Notes under the pieces: model-generated
What the model was told of the DNA's origin: nothing
The model's input: the letters and a program-made list of their open reading frames with translations, nothing else
Databases searched by the model: none
Origin: Planctomycetota bacterium
GTDB taxonomy: Bacteria; Planctomycetota; Planctomycetia; JALXBF01
Assembly: GCA_026991575.1 (NCBI GenBank)
Contig: JALXBF010000116.1
Location: 44,495-64,494 of the forward strand
DNA: 20,000 nt
Reading direction: 5' to 3'
Program-made: the position numbers and the translations under genes
Part shown: positions 9,395 through 18,569 of the stretch, in pieces
Layout: every line of letters starts with the position of its first letter
Position numbering within the stretch: position 1 is the stretch's first letter

Positions 9395-9489
9395 GGTTCC
9401 ACCTCACCCAGGTCACCAGCGGAAAACGTCCGGTGCGCGAGCCGGCTCAGTCAGTCGCTGGCGAGGCATTCGCGTGGTCAACCGAACCC

Positions 9490-11208
9490 TTATGCGGAGG
9501 GCTGTTCGGGCGAGTTTGCTTCGCCCGTCTGGTCTTGCTCTCTCGGCTGCTGAGCTTCCCTCTCCACCTCAGCACTTTCCTGCTGCTCGGTGCTGACTTC
9601 GCCCCCCGGCGACTCCGCCGACGCAGCCGTCTGCCCAGGAACAACCTGCTCCAGGACGGTCTCCTTGTCGACTGGTCGCTTCATTAAGTCCTCGACCGTG
9701 ACCTCCCACGGTTCGTCCTCGAACTCGCAGTAGTCGAGGACCCGCTGGAACGCAAGGTGCTCGAGCACCTCGGCCTCGATCTCACGCAGGACTCCTTCCC
9801 GCTCCAGTTGTACGCGGAGCCGACGCGGCGATATTCCCTGAGCATCCGCCAGCTCCTGAAGGTACTCGTCCAGCTCCTCCTGACTGACTTCGATCCCTTC
9901 GGCCTTGGCAATTCGTCGGAGGACGAAGAACTCCCGAAGCGCCCGTTCGGTCATCTCTGGCAAGCCGCTACTGAGTGCCGCGAGCCGGCGATCGATTTCC
10001 CTCGCCTGATACCGCATCAGCACCAGCCGCCGAACGATGCGTCGCCTGAGAATGCTGACTTGGCTCTCGACCGTATCCCTATCCAGCGGGATGTCAATCC
10101 CTTCGAGCAACTGCCCCATCACCTGCTCACGGACTCGCTGCTGCGCGGTCTGGTCCAGCTCACGGCGCAGCAAGCTCTCCACGTGCTCCATCAGCTGCTC
10201 TTCGTCGTCCAGGCCCATGACTTCCGCCAGGCGCTCCAACAGGTTCTCGGGGAACCGGTAGATCCCCTCGACAACGACTTCAACGTCCACTTCCTTGCCG
10301 CGAAGTTCCTCGTTCGCAGCGTCTTCGTCGATGCGAGCCTTGAGCGTGCGGGTCTCGCCGGTAACCGCACCGCTGATCTGTTCGTCGAACCGCTCAATCA
10401 CTGCGTCTCGGAAGCGTAGTGTGGGGAGGACACGGACCTCCGTAGGGCCCAGCTCGCGGACGACCCGTCCGCCCAATTTGAATCGGAATGTCAGATCGAC
10501 CAGGTCCTCGGGTTGAACCGGTCCTTCAGCCCGTTCGGGTGGGATGACCGCTTCGGCCAGAAGTCGGGCACGGGCTTGAACCAGTTCCGGCGTTACGATC
10601 GGACGAGGCCGCCGGACCTTAAGCCCCTTGTAGTTCGGCACATCGAATTCCGGCTGCACCTCTGCTCGGAACTCGAAGTAGAAGTCCTCACCCTGAGCGG
10701 GTGGGTTCAGTGCACCGACGTCAAGCTCCGGCTCGTCGACAAACTCCAAGTTCTTCTCTTCAATCAGCTTCTGCAGTGACTTGCCAACCAGAAAGTGCTT
10801 GAGATCTTCGAACAGTTCTTTGCGAAATCTTCGCAGTACGAGCTTCGGCGGTACCTTGCCCTTGCGAAACCCGGGCATCCAGGCCGTCTTGCAGAACTCG
10901 CGTAACTGCGCATTCAGAATCCGATCCACCTCTTCAGCCGGGATGCGGATCTTGATCAACCGCTTGCAAGCGCCCAGCTGGTCGATGTCGACCTGGATCG
11001 CTTCCAGTCGCAGCTCGTCCTGTTGTTGCGTCTCACTGGCACCGGTTTGTTCCTGGTGCTCGACCGTGCCAGTTTGTTCCTCACTGGCCTGCACCGCCGT
11101 GGTCGTGCTGGCAGTCTCCGACTGGCCAGCATTGTCCCGGTCCGCCACCGGCTCACGGGTCTCGTTCTTGGCGAGGTCGTGTTGGCGGTCTTCGGCTTCA
11201 GCGCTCAT
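9490..11208 (-). CDS. tig: Trigger factor with long acidic N- and C-terminal extensions
   Basis: Ribosome-binding signature PGFRKGKVP, NYKGL, degenerate FKBP-like middle domain, IAKAEGIEVS C-domain. Located upstream of clpP. AAGGAG RBS before the ATG at 11208. Confidence 0.9.
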   Translation of the reverse strand: MSAEAEDRQHDLAKNETREPVADRDNAGQSETASTTTAVQASEEQTGTVEHQEQTGASETQQQDELRLEAIQVDIDQLGACKRLIKIRIPAEEVDRILNAQLREFCKTAWMPGFRKGKVPPKLVLRRFRKELFEDLKHFLVGKSLQKLIEEKNLEFVDEPELDVGALNPPAQGEDFYFEFRAEVQPEFDVPNYKGLKVRRPRPIVTPELVQARARLLAEAVIPPERAEGPVQPEDLVDLTFRFKLGGRVVRELGPTEVRVLPTLRFRDAVIERFDEQISGAVTGETRTLKARIDEDAANEELRGKEVDVEVVVEGIYRFPENLLERLAEVMGLDDEEQLMEHVESLLRRELDQTAQQRVREQVMGQLLEGIDIPLDRDTVESQVSILRRRIVRRLVLMRYQAREIDRRLAALSSGLPEMTERALREFFVLRRIAKAEGIEVSQEELDEYLQELADAQGISPRRLRVQLEREGVLREIEAEVLEHLAFQRVLDYCEFEDEPWEVTVEDLMKRPVDKETVLEQVVPGQTAASAESPGGEVSTEQQESAEVEREAQQPREQDQTGEANSPEQPSA

Positions 11209-11315
11209 CAGGCTCACTCCTTCCCCATAGACCGACTCGGTAGGGGCTCCGCCAGAGGGTCCACGTCGTCCCTAGGGAACATTGAAGTGTAGTCGGTGAG
11301 GGGCCATAAAAAAAG

Positions 11316-11388
11316 AGCGGGTGACGGGACTCGAACCCGCGACATCCACGTTGGCAACGTGGTGCTCTACCAACTGAGCTACACCCGC
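11316..11388 (-). tRNA. tRNA-Gly(GCC)
   Basis: GCGGGTGTAGCTCAGTTGGTAGAGCACCACGTTGCCAACGTGGATGTCGCGGGTTCGAGTCCCGTCACCCGCT forms a full cloverleaf with anticodon GCC and discriminator U. CCA is not encoded. Confidence 0.97.
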
Positions 11389-11427
11389 GTACCACGGCCC
11401 ACCCGTTGGTGAGCCTCGTTCATTGCT

Positions 11428-11456
11428 ATGCTACGTCGCAGCCAGCAGCCGGTCAA
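11428..11456 (-). promoter_or_regulatory. Putative sigma70 promoter for tRNA-Gly (and possibly tig-clpP-clpP)
   Basis: TTGACC-17 bp-TAGCAT on the minus strand, about 40 bp upstream of the tRNA. Confidence 0.6.
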
Positions 11457-11580
11457 GCATTCCTGTGGCCGTTGCGTATCCCACGGGCAGCTGGTACCTA
11501 AGGGCAGCGGGAGGCCGCCAGCGGCTGGCTGCGGCCGGACCGCTAGCAGATGCTGCCGCCAGGGCACGGCGTTCGCCCGG

Positions 11581-11609
11581 TTGCGACCTCATAGAATTAC
11601 CGGTAGAGT
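11581..11609 (+). promoter_or_regulatory. Putative sigma70 promoter for the FHA gene
   Basis: TTGCGA-17 bp-TAGAGT. Confidence 0.45.
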
Positions 11610-11673
11610 AGGAGTTGTGCGTGGGGCGCGTGAGCAGTGGGGTACGGAGCAGCCGAGTGGGGTGTGAACGACG

Positions 11674-12264
11674 ATGCCCACAGTGAAACTCATCGCCCAG
11701 CGCGGGGCCAAGCGAGGTACCGAGGTCATCATCCAACGGGAACAGACGCTGATCGGTCGGTCGCGCTCCTGTCAAGTGTGCATCCCGGCACCGCAGGTAA
11801 GCCGCCAGCATTGCGCGATCCTGATCGAAAACGGCCAGGTCATCGTGCGCGACCTTGGCAGCACAAACGGGACGTTCGTCAACGGGGTCCAGGTCTCCGA
11901 ACAACAGCTCACCACCGGCGACACGCTAACGATCGGCAACGTCGTGTTCCTGGTCAAAGTAGAAGAGGCTGAGGCTCTGGCAGGTTCGGACACCGCACGT
12001 CCTGGCCAGCTCGCTGCGGTCGACGAGGCCGCTGCCGCCGAGGCCGTCGACTCGGACCTGGTCTTCGCCGATGAGGCCGAAACGCAGCAGGCCGTCGGAG
12101 CGGTCGCGGAAGAGGTACTCGATGCGGAAGTCGTAGAAGAGGAAGGCGTTGTGACAGCCGAGCCGGTCGAAGAGGCGGTGCTTGACGCAGAGCCGATCGA
12201 CGAGGATCGGATCACCGATTTCCTTACCGACCTTCAACAGCAACAGGACAACCAGCAGGGCTAG
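11674..12264 (+). CDS. FHA domain protein with acidic low-complexity C-terminal tail
   Basis: FHA signature IGR...VSRQH...DLGSTNGTFVNG. The last ~100 aa are Glu/Asp/Ala/Val-rich. Confidence 0.92.
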   Translation: MPTVKLIAQRGAKRGTEVIIQREQTLIGRSRSCQVCIPAPQVSRQHCAILIENGQVIVRDLGSTNGTFVNGVQVSEQQLTTGDTLTIGNVVFLVKVEEAEALAGSDTARPGQLAAVDEAAAAEAVDSDLVFADEAETQQAVGAVAEEVLDAEVVEEEGVVTAEPVEEAVLDAEPIDEDRITDFLTDLQQQQDNQQG

Positions 12265-12267
12265 CGG

Positions 12268-13257
12268 TTACAGCTCTGTGACTTCAAAGACCACCGGTCC
12301 CACCTCTGCGACCTCGTCCGGCTCCAGCACGCGCAGTCCAGCGTCGATTCCTCTCTTGTGGAGATTGATCGCATTGGTCGTACACGTGTAGGGTTCAATG
12401 CAGATCGAACCGCGCTGCGGCGGCGTGTACACGACAATCTCCCGAAACTCGTTGCCCAACCGGATGTTCAGCCGGTAACCTGCCTCTTCATCGGTGAGCG
12501 TGCAAGTGACCCATTCCTCCTCGTCGTACTGCAGGTCGGTGTAGACGTGATCGAGCTTAAGCTCGCTCAACCGCCTGGGCTCGCGCAGGTCCAGCTCCTC
12601 CGGCACCGGGAGCACGCGCCCCGTTGGCAGGAAATCCTTCAGCTCCCAGATGGCATTGGCCGGTACCTGAACCTTGCAAGCTTCCTCCTTGCCAAACATG
12701 TCCAGCGGTAGCCGGAAGTACGGATGCAGCCCTAAGCCCCAGGGCATGGCGCGATCCCCGATGTTGCGGACGGCGAAATGCAGCGTCACGGTCCGGCCGT
12801 TCAACACGACCACGGCCTGCAGCTCGAACTGGCCGGGCCACAGATGCTTCAGCCCAGCAAGCTGCCAGGTGGAGCTGATAACCCCTTCGACAGAGCTATC
12901 CGCGGATCGCAGCTTCACGCTCCATGGCTTGTCTAGCACGAAGCCGTGGATCGCGTTGACGTTGCGTTCATTCCTGGGCAACTCATAGACGCGCCCCTCC
13001 CACGTGAACCGCCCCCCTGCGATCCGGTTTGGAAACGGGAAAAGGATCGGTGTGCCATTGCCGGCAGCACGCGCAGGCTGATCAGCGAAATGATCGTCGG
13101 CCCGCAGCACGTCTCGTAGCCTGCCGTGCACCGGAACGCGGAAGCTGAACAAGTTAAAACCGTATGTGGCGTGGACCAGCGCGTCACTGTTGTGGTCCTT
13201 GTCCACCAGACGCACGACCGTGTGGTCGCCGTAGTGAAGCAGCGTGCTTTCACCCAT
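12268..13257 (-). CDS. Aldose 1-epimerase family protein
   Basis: PILFPFPNRI, NAIHG, GLHPYF, LDH, ICIEPYT motifs. Likely ATG at 13257; the upstream extension looks non-coding. Confidence 0.9.
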   Translation of the reverse strand: MGESTLLHYGDHTVVRLVDKDHNSDALVHATYGFNLFSFRVPVHGRLRDVLRADDHFADQPARAAGNGTPILFPFPNRIAGGRFTWEGRVYELPRNERNVNAIHGFVLDKPWSVKLRSADSSVEGVISSTWQLAGLKHLWPGQFELQAVVVLNGRTVTLHFAVRNIGDRAMPWGLGLHPYFRLPLDMFGKEEACKVQVPANAIWELKDFLPTGRVLPVPEELDLREPRRLSELKLDHVYTDLQYDEEEWVTCTLTDEEAGYRLNIRLGNEFREIVVYTPPQRGSICIEPYTCTTNAINLHKRGIDAGLRVLEPDEVAEVGPVVFEVTEL

Positions 13258-13454
13258 CTCTCTACCCGCTCCGCTGCCACTAGTCCCGTGGTACAGGAAT
13301 CGACTGGGACAAGTATACGCAGTCCCGGCCGCTAGACCCGATCGCCTCAATCGCGCAACAGACTGTGCAGGGCCGATCATTCCGGGAACGCCGATCGCGT
13401 GCCCGCGACCACGACGGGCACGACCTGGATGGCCCGGCTGCGTGGTGGTTGCTC

Positions 13455-13482
13455 TTGGCAGATAAGGCCCACGGGCTAGACT
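13455..13482 (+). promoter_or_regulatory. Putative sigma70 promoter for murA
   Basis: TTGGCA-16 bp-TAGACT, about 50 bp upstream of the start. Confidence 0.4.
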
Positions 13483-13532
13483 GATTCTCGCCCGTGCCAA
13501 CAGCAGCGGTGTTTTTCAGGAGGGCTACTCCG

Positions 13533-14831
13533 GTGGCAACACTACGGATCCAAGGGCCGGTGCGTTTGGCGGGAACCGTCACGGTTGCGGGTGCGAAGAA
13601 TGCCACGCTGCCGCTGCTCGCCGCGGCTCTCTTGTGCGACGAGCCTTACGTCCTGGAGAACGTGCCCTGGGTCACTGACGTCAGCGTGATGATCCGCCTG
13701 CTGGCCGCATGCGGCGGACGGGCCCGCTGGACGGCGAGCCGGTCACTGCAAGTCATCCCCCCCGAGGGTCAGCTCACCTCCCCGGCCGACGTAGCCGGCG
13801 CGAGCAGCATCCGTGCCAGCTTCTGCCTGCTCGGACCACTGCTGGCGCGCCACGGCGAGGCGGTGCTGCCACTTCCGGGAGGCTGTCGCATTGGTCCCCG
13901 GCCAGTGGATCGCCACCTGGAGGCGATGCGCCGGCTGGGGGCTGAGGTGACCGTGCGCGACGGTATCGTTTACGCGCGCGCACCGCGCCTGCACGGCAAT
14001 CTCATCCACCTCGCTACCCACCGAGGCCCGACCGTTACGGGCACGTGCAATGCCATGCTGGCCGCAGTCGGGGCCCGGGGCGAGACGGTCCTCTACGGTG
14101 CTGCCCGCGAACCGGAGGTCGTCACGCTGGGACGTTTCCTGCAAGCCTGTGGCGTGGTCATCTCCGGGCTGGGAACGCCGACGATTGTCGTAAAGGGTGC
14201 CCGGCTGCCGCTTCGCCCTCCTACTCGGTTCCGGATCATCCCCGACCGTATCGAGGCCGCTACCTGGCTGTGCGCAGCTGCCGCCACCGGCGGCAAGATT
14301 GTGCTCCGTCACGTGGAGCCACGACATCTGCAGGCCCCGCTCGCGCTGCTGCGGCGCATCGGTTGCGCGATCAACGTCACAGACGCAACCATCGCGTTAA
14401 TTGCCCCGCAACGCCCGGTACGGGCATTCCTGGCGGTAGCGGAACCGTACCCGGGAATCGCCACTGACGTGCAAGCCCAGTTGACGGCCCTGGCCACGGC
14501 AGCCAATGGCGAAAGCACCGTACGCGACACCGTGTTTCCAGAGCGATTCCAGCACGTTCCGCAGCTTCAGGCCATGGGTGCCAGCATCCGCCGCCTGGCA
14601 GGCCAGTGCGTCATCAGCGGCCCGACGCAACTGCGGGGAGCGCGCGTCAAGGCCGTCGATCTGCGCGCGTCGGCTGCTCTGGTCATCGCCGCGCTGCTGG
14701 CCGAGGGCGAGACGGAGATCATGGGCCTGGAGCAGCTGCGGCGAGGCTATGACGAACTGCCCCGGAAGCTGGCCGCGCTGGGCGTCGCCGTCGAGGTAGA
14801 CGATGACGAACTGCTGCGGCCGGCGGCTTGA
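13533..14831 (+). CDS. murA: UDP-N-acetylglucosamine 1-carboxyvinyltransferase
   Basis: GAKNA, RAS, LPGGCRIGPRPVDRH (active-site Cys), PDRIEAAT, PYPGIATD, DLRA, RGY. AGGAGG RBS before the GTG at 13533. Confidence 0.96.
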   Translation: MATLRIQGPVRLAGTVTVAGAKNATLPLLAAALLCDEPYVLENVPWVTDVSVMIRLLAACGGRARWTASRSLQVIPPEGQLTSPADVAGASSIRASFCLLGPLLARHGEAVLPLPGGCRIGPRPVDRHLEAMRRLGAEVTVRDGIVYARAPRLHGNLIHLATHRGPTVTGTCNAMLAAVGARGETVLYGAAREPEVVTLGRFLQACGVVISGLGTPTIVVKGARLPLRPPTRFRIIPDRIEAATWLCAAAATGGKIVLRHVEPRHLQAPLALLRRIGCAINVTDATIALIAPQRPVRAFLAVAEPYPGIATDVQAQLTALATAANGESTVRDTVFPERFQHVPQLQAMGASIRRLAGQCVISGPTQLRGARVKAVDLRASAALVIAALLAEGETEIMGLEQLRRGYDELPRKLAALGVAVEVDDDELLRPAA

Positions 14832-14840
14832 TTCATCGCC

Positions 14841-15890
14841 CTACGAGCCTGCGGCCGTAGCTGTCGTCTCCGCCGCCGGCACCCGTTCCAGAATCACCGT
14901 ACCCCGCAGCCGCCGGGCACGAACGCCGCCAGGCAGATCCCACGCCCCCTCTGCCCCGTGCACGAGTCCTGCCAAATGGTGCCAGTGCTCGAAACTCATC
15001 TGTTTCTCCGGCCAACCGTGCCGAGACCAGATCCGTCGAAACACCTCGCGCACCAGCAGGCCTGGCGCGCGCTCCAGTGCCGGCACGCTCAGGATCACCC
15101 GCTCCGGAGTCTCGTTCAGCAGGCAGCGTTGCTCCAACTCCACGACCAGCGGCTCCAGGATCGCCACGACTTCCGCTGCCACCGAACTCAAACGGCAAAG
15201 CGCTTCCCTGACCCGTGGGTTCAGCTCGCGCAGCAGCGGCATCACCTCATGGCGAATCCGGTTGCGCGTGAACCGCGGATCCTCGTTCATGGCATCCAGC
15301 CGGTAGCCATAGCCGCCGGCCCGGAGCCAGTCGAGCACCTGGTCGCGGCTAAGTTGCAACATCGGTCGGATGACCGAGACCCCGTTCAGCTTGCGTCGTA
15401 CCGGGATGCCGGTCAAGCCGGCCAGCCCCGTGCCGCGCACGATGCGGTGGAGCACCGTCTCCGCCTGATCGTCCGACGTGTGGCCGGTGGCAATGTACGG
15501 CGCAGCGTGTTGGGCGGCTGTGCGCACGAGGAAGTCATATCGGCACTTGCGCGCCCACTCCTCGATCGTCTCTGAGCGATCGCTCCGCTCGGAATGATCC
15601 CGATCGGCCGTACCGACTGCGCACGGCAGAGCCAACTCCTCAGCCAGTGCAACAACAAACCGCTCATCCTCGTGGCACGCCGGCTCTCGAAGGCGGTGGT
15701 TGAAATGGGCAACGATCAGCTCGAGTTGATGTCCGAGCCGCAACGCGTGCAGCGACCGAAGCAGCGCAACGCTATCGGGCCCTCCAGAAACCGCAACGAC
15801 GACTTTGCACTGCCTTACGCCAAGACTGTCCAGCTCTTCGCCAACGGCCGTAACCAGATCTGTACCCATCGTCTCCTGCTCGTAGGTCAC
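14841..15890 (-). CDS. tilS: tRNA(Ile)-lysidine synthetase
   Basis: PP-loop VSGGPDS, HFNHRLR, EEWARKCRY, TGHTSDDQAET, IRPML, RNRIRH. An alternative start is ATG at 15869. Confidence 0.95.
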   Translation of the reverse strand: MTYEQETMGTDLVTAVGEELDSLGVRQCKVVVAVSGGPDSVALLRSLHALRLGHQLELIVAHFNHRLREPACHEDERFVVALAEELALPCAVGTADRDHSERSDRSETIEEWARKCRYDFLVRTAAQHAAPYIATGHTSDDQAETVLHRIVRGTGLAGLTGIPVRRKLNGVSVIRPMLQLSRDQVLDWLRAGGYGYRLDAMNEDPRFTRNRIRHEVMPLLRELNPRVREALCRLSSVAAEVVAILEPLVVELEQRCLLNETPERVILSVPALERAPGLLVREVFRRIWSRHGWPEKQMSFEHWHHLAGLVHGAEGAWDLPGGVRARRLRGTVILERVPAAETTATAAGS

Positions 15891-15971
15891 AACGGCTCGG
15901 GCACCCCACCCCCGCGACTTCCCATTCTATGGCCCATCGAGGCACCGCCGCCCGAGCGGCCCAAGCTGTGA

Positions 15972-16000
15972 TTGGAACGAACCGACTCGGCCGGTATTAT
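15972..16000 (+). promoter_or_regulatory. Putative sigma70 promoter for rpmE
   Basis: TTGGAA-17 bp-TATTAT, 56 bp upstream of rpmE. Confidence 0.55.
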
Positions 16001-16056
16001 TCCGAGTGGAGTGGCCATGGGCACTGCGGAATCGGTCCTCAGCGTGAGACAGGCAT

Positions 16057-16281
16057 ATGAAGAAGGGCATCCATCCCGAATATGTCGAGTGCACGGTCAC
16101 GTGTAGCTGCGGTAACACGTTCGTGACGCGGAGCACTAAGCCGAAAATCCGCGTGGAAATCTGCTCTGCCTGCCATCCGTTCTTTACGGGCCAGGTGAAG
16201 TACGTGGACACGGCGGGGCGGGTGGAGAAGTTCGAGCGAAAGTACGGCTGGACCAAACGCCGGCAACAGCAGAAGAAATAA
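16057..16281 (+). CDS. rpmE: 50S ribosomal protein L31 (zinc-binding type)
   Basis: MKKGIHPEY...CSCGN...[10 protein letters not shown]...DTAGRVEKF. Confidence 0.97.
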   Translation: MKKGIHPEYVECTVTCSCGNTFVTRSTKPKIRVEICSACHPFFTGQVKYVDTAGRVEKFERKYGWTKRRQQQKK

Positions 16282-16525
16282 CCTGCGGCCCAGCGGTGGA
16301 CTTGTGACGGGTACCGGCATGATGCCATTCTCAGCGGCAACAGCGACAGTGGCCTCCTCTCCAGGCAGAGCCGCCTTTCGTTAGCTGCGTGCGCCGTTCT
16401 GGTTGCGTCAAGTCGATGCGCACGGCTCGGCTCCGTGGGTGGAACGCACCCGCTTTGCCGCCGATCCAAATCAAGGAAACCCGTGGCATGTTGGTCGGTA
16501 CTGGACTGACTGGGAACGTTCCGCA

Positions 16526-17626
16526 ATGAATGCTCCGCTGAAGGCATCCCAGGGCAGCCAACTCAAGCAGCAACTGGACGACATCCTGCGCCGCTACCGC
16601 GAGCTTGAGCGTCAGCTGGTTGATCCGGACGTTGTGGGGGATCCGCAGCGGGTCGCGGCTGTGACGCGCGAGCACGGCCAGCTGGCTCGCATCGCGCGCC
16701 GGTACGAGCAATACCTGGAGGCCACGAAGCAGGCGCGCGAGGCGAAGGAGATGATCGAGCTGGAGGACGACGAGGAACTGGTCACGTACGCCAAGAGCGA
16801 GCTGCAACGGCTCGAGCAGGAGCGTCGCCAGCTCTGGCACGAGCTACGGAAGATGCTCTCCGGCGGCGATCTTGCCCGCACCAACAGCTTGATTATGGAA
16901 ATCCGCGCCGGTACGGGCGGTGAGGAAGCGGCCTTGTTTGCCCGCGATCTGTTCAACATGTACCAGAAGTACGCTGCCAAGAAGGGCTGGAAGATTGAGG
17001 TGATGGATGTCAGCACAAGCGACCGGGGCGGGTTCAAGGAGGTGATCTTCTCGGTCTCCGGCGACGGCGTCTACCAGCACCTGCAATTCGAAGCCGGCGG
17101 CCACCGGGTACAGCGGGTACCGGAGACGGAGGCTCAGGGGCGGATTCACACCTCGGCAGCCACGGTGGCTGTCCTGCCCGAACCAGACGAGATTGAGGTC
17201 GAGATCCGACCTGAGGACCTGCGCATCGATACCATGCGCTCGGGCGGCCCCGGCGGTCAGCACCAGAATAAGACCGAAAGTGGTGTCCGAATCACTCACC
17301 TGCCCACCGGCATCGTCGTCAACTGTCGCGACGAGAAAAGCCAGCACAAGAACCGGGCCAAGGCCATGCGTGTGCTCCGGTCCCGGCTGTACGAACTGCA
17401 GCGTAAGCAGGCTGAGGCCGAACGGGCCAGCTCGCGGCGACAACAGATCGGCAGCGGAGACCGGTCCGAGCGGATCCGGACGTACAACTTTCCCCAGAAT
17501 CGCGTCACCGACCATCGCATCGGCCTGACGCTGTACAAGCTCGATTCAATCATGGACGGTGACCTGGATGAGCTGATCGACGCGCTGTTGGCGCCGAGCG
17601 AAGACGAGGAAGTACCGGAGCTGTGA
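16526..17626 (+). CDS. prfA: Peptide chain release factor 1
   Basis: [20 protein letters not shown] (PxT stop-recognition motif), [12 protein letters not shown]. The start is uncertain; ATG 16526 was chosen. Confidence 0.96.
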   Translation: MNAPLKASQGSQLKQQLDDILRRYRELERQLVDPDVVGDPQRVAAVTREHGQLARIARRYEQYLEATKQAREAKEMIELEDDEELVTYAKSELQRLEQERRQLWHELRKMLSGGDLARTNSLIMEIRAGTGGEEAALFARDLFNMYQKYAAKKGWKIEVMDVSTSDRGGFKEVIFSVSGDGVYQHLQFEAGGHRVQRVPETEAQGRIHTSAATVAVLPEPDEIEVEIRPEDLRIDTMRSGGPGGQHQNKTESGVRITHLPTGIVVNCRDEKSQHKNRAKAMRVLRSRLYELQRKQAEAERASSRRQQIGSGDRSERIRTYNFPQNRVTDHRIGLTLYKLDSIMDGDLDELIDALLAPSEDEEVPEL

Positions 17627-17651
17627 GCCGTCGGTGACTCGCGCAGATCGC

Positions 17652-18560
17652 ATGCCACAAGCAGAGCGTCAGCCCCCCTCGGAGCCGCAGGGCGACCGCC
17701 AGACGTGGACGGTCGGACGGTTGCTCCAGTGGACCGTAGGCTACTTCACATCGAAGGGGATAGAGTTCCCGCGTCTGGACGCGGAGGTCCTACTGGCCGA
17801 CGCCCTCGGATGCGCCCGCATTGAGCTGTACGTCAACTTCGACAAGCCGGTAACAGCCGCTGAGCGTGCCCGCTTCCGCGACTACGTCCGCCGCCGGGCA
17901 GCAGGCGAACCGGTAGCGTACATCGTCGGGCGGAAAGAGTTCTACGGCTTGGAGTTCGCGGTCGGTCCTGAGGTACTGATCCCGCGGCCTGATTCGGAGT
18001 TCGTGGTCATGACCTACCTGGAACACTTTCGCAGACGACCGCGGGCCCTGGTCATCGACGTCGGTACCGGCTCGGGAAACCTGGCCGTTGCCATCGCTCA
18101 CGAACATCCTGGCGCGCGGGTCATCGCCACCGACATCAGCGAGCCGGCCTTGCGTCTGGCAGCGCGGAACGCCGCACGTCACGGCGTGGCCGCCCGGGTG
18201 AGCCTGGTGAGGTGCGATCTGTTATCTGCAGTGCGGCCCGAACCGCTCGCGGACGCCATCGTCACCAACCCGCCGTACATCCCTACGGACAACATCCGCA
18301 GCCTTGAGCCCGGTGTCCGCGACTACGAACCGCATGTCGCTTTGAACGGCGGTCCGAGCGGATTGGACGTGGTCCGACGCCTCATCTCCGAAGCCATCCC
18401 ACGACTGAAGCTTGGCGGCATGCTAATCGTGGAAATCGGCGCCCAGCAGGAAGAGCCAGTGCGTCGCCTGATGATCGAAACCGACCGGCTCGATGTCCTG
18501 CCCACCGTCTACGACTACGCTCGCCACCCTCGGGTCGTCGCCGGGCGGCGAGATGCGTAA
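17652..18560 (+). CDS. prmC: Release factor glutamine N5-methyltransferase (HemK)
   Basis: GEPVAYIVG, VLIPRPDSE, DVGTGSG, NPPY. Directly downstream of prfA. An alternative start is GTG 17634. Confidence 0.95.
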   Translation: MPQAERQPPSEPQGDRQTWTVGRLLQWTVGYFTSKGIEFPRLDAEVLLADALGCARIELYVNFDKPVTAAERARFRDYVRRRAAGEPVAYIVGRKEFYGLEFAVGPEVLIPRPDSEFVVMTYLEHFRRRPRALVIDVGTGSGNLAVAIAHEHPGARVIATDISEPALRLAARNAARHGVAARVSLVRCDLLSAVRPEPLADAIVTNPPYIPTDNIRSLEPGVRDYEPHVALNGGPSGLDVVRRLISEAIPRLKLGGMLIVEIGAQQEEPVRRLMIETDRLDVLPTVYDYARHPRVVAGRRDA

Positions 18561-18569
18561 CGGCAGCCA

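Noticed and set aside
11437..11533. 10-bp inverted repeat CGCAGCCAGC/GCTGGCTGCG in the divergent promoter region
   Set aside because: The arms are far apart and GC-rich, with no target-site duplication or other copies; likely chance.
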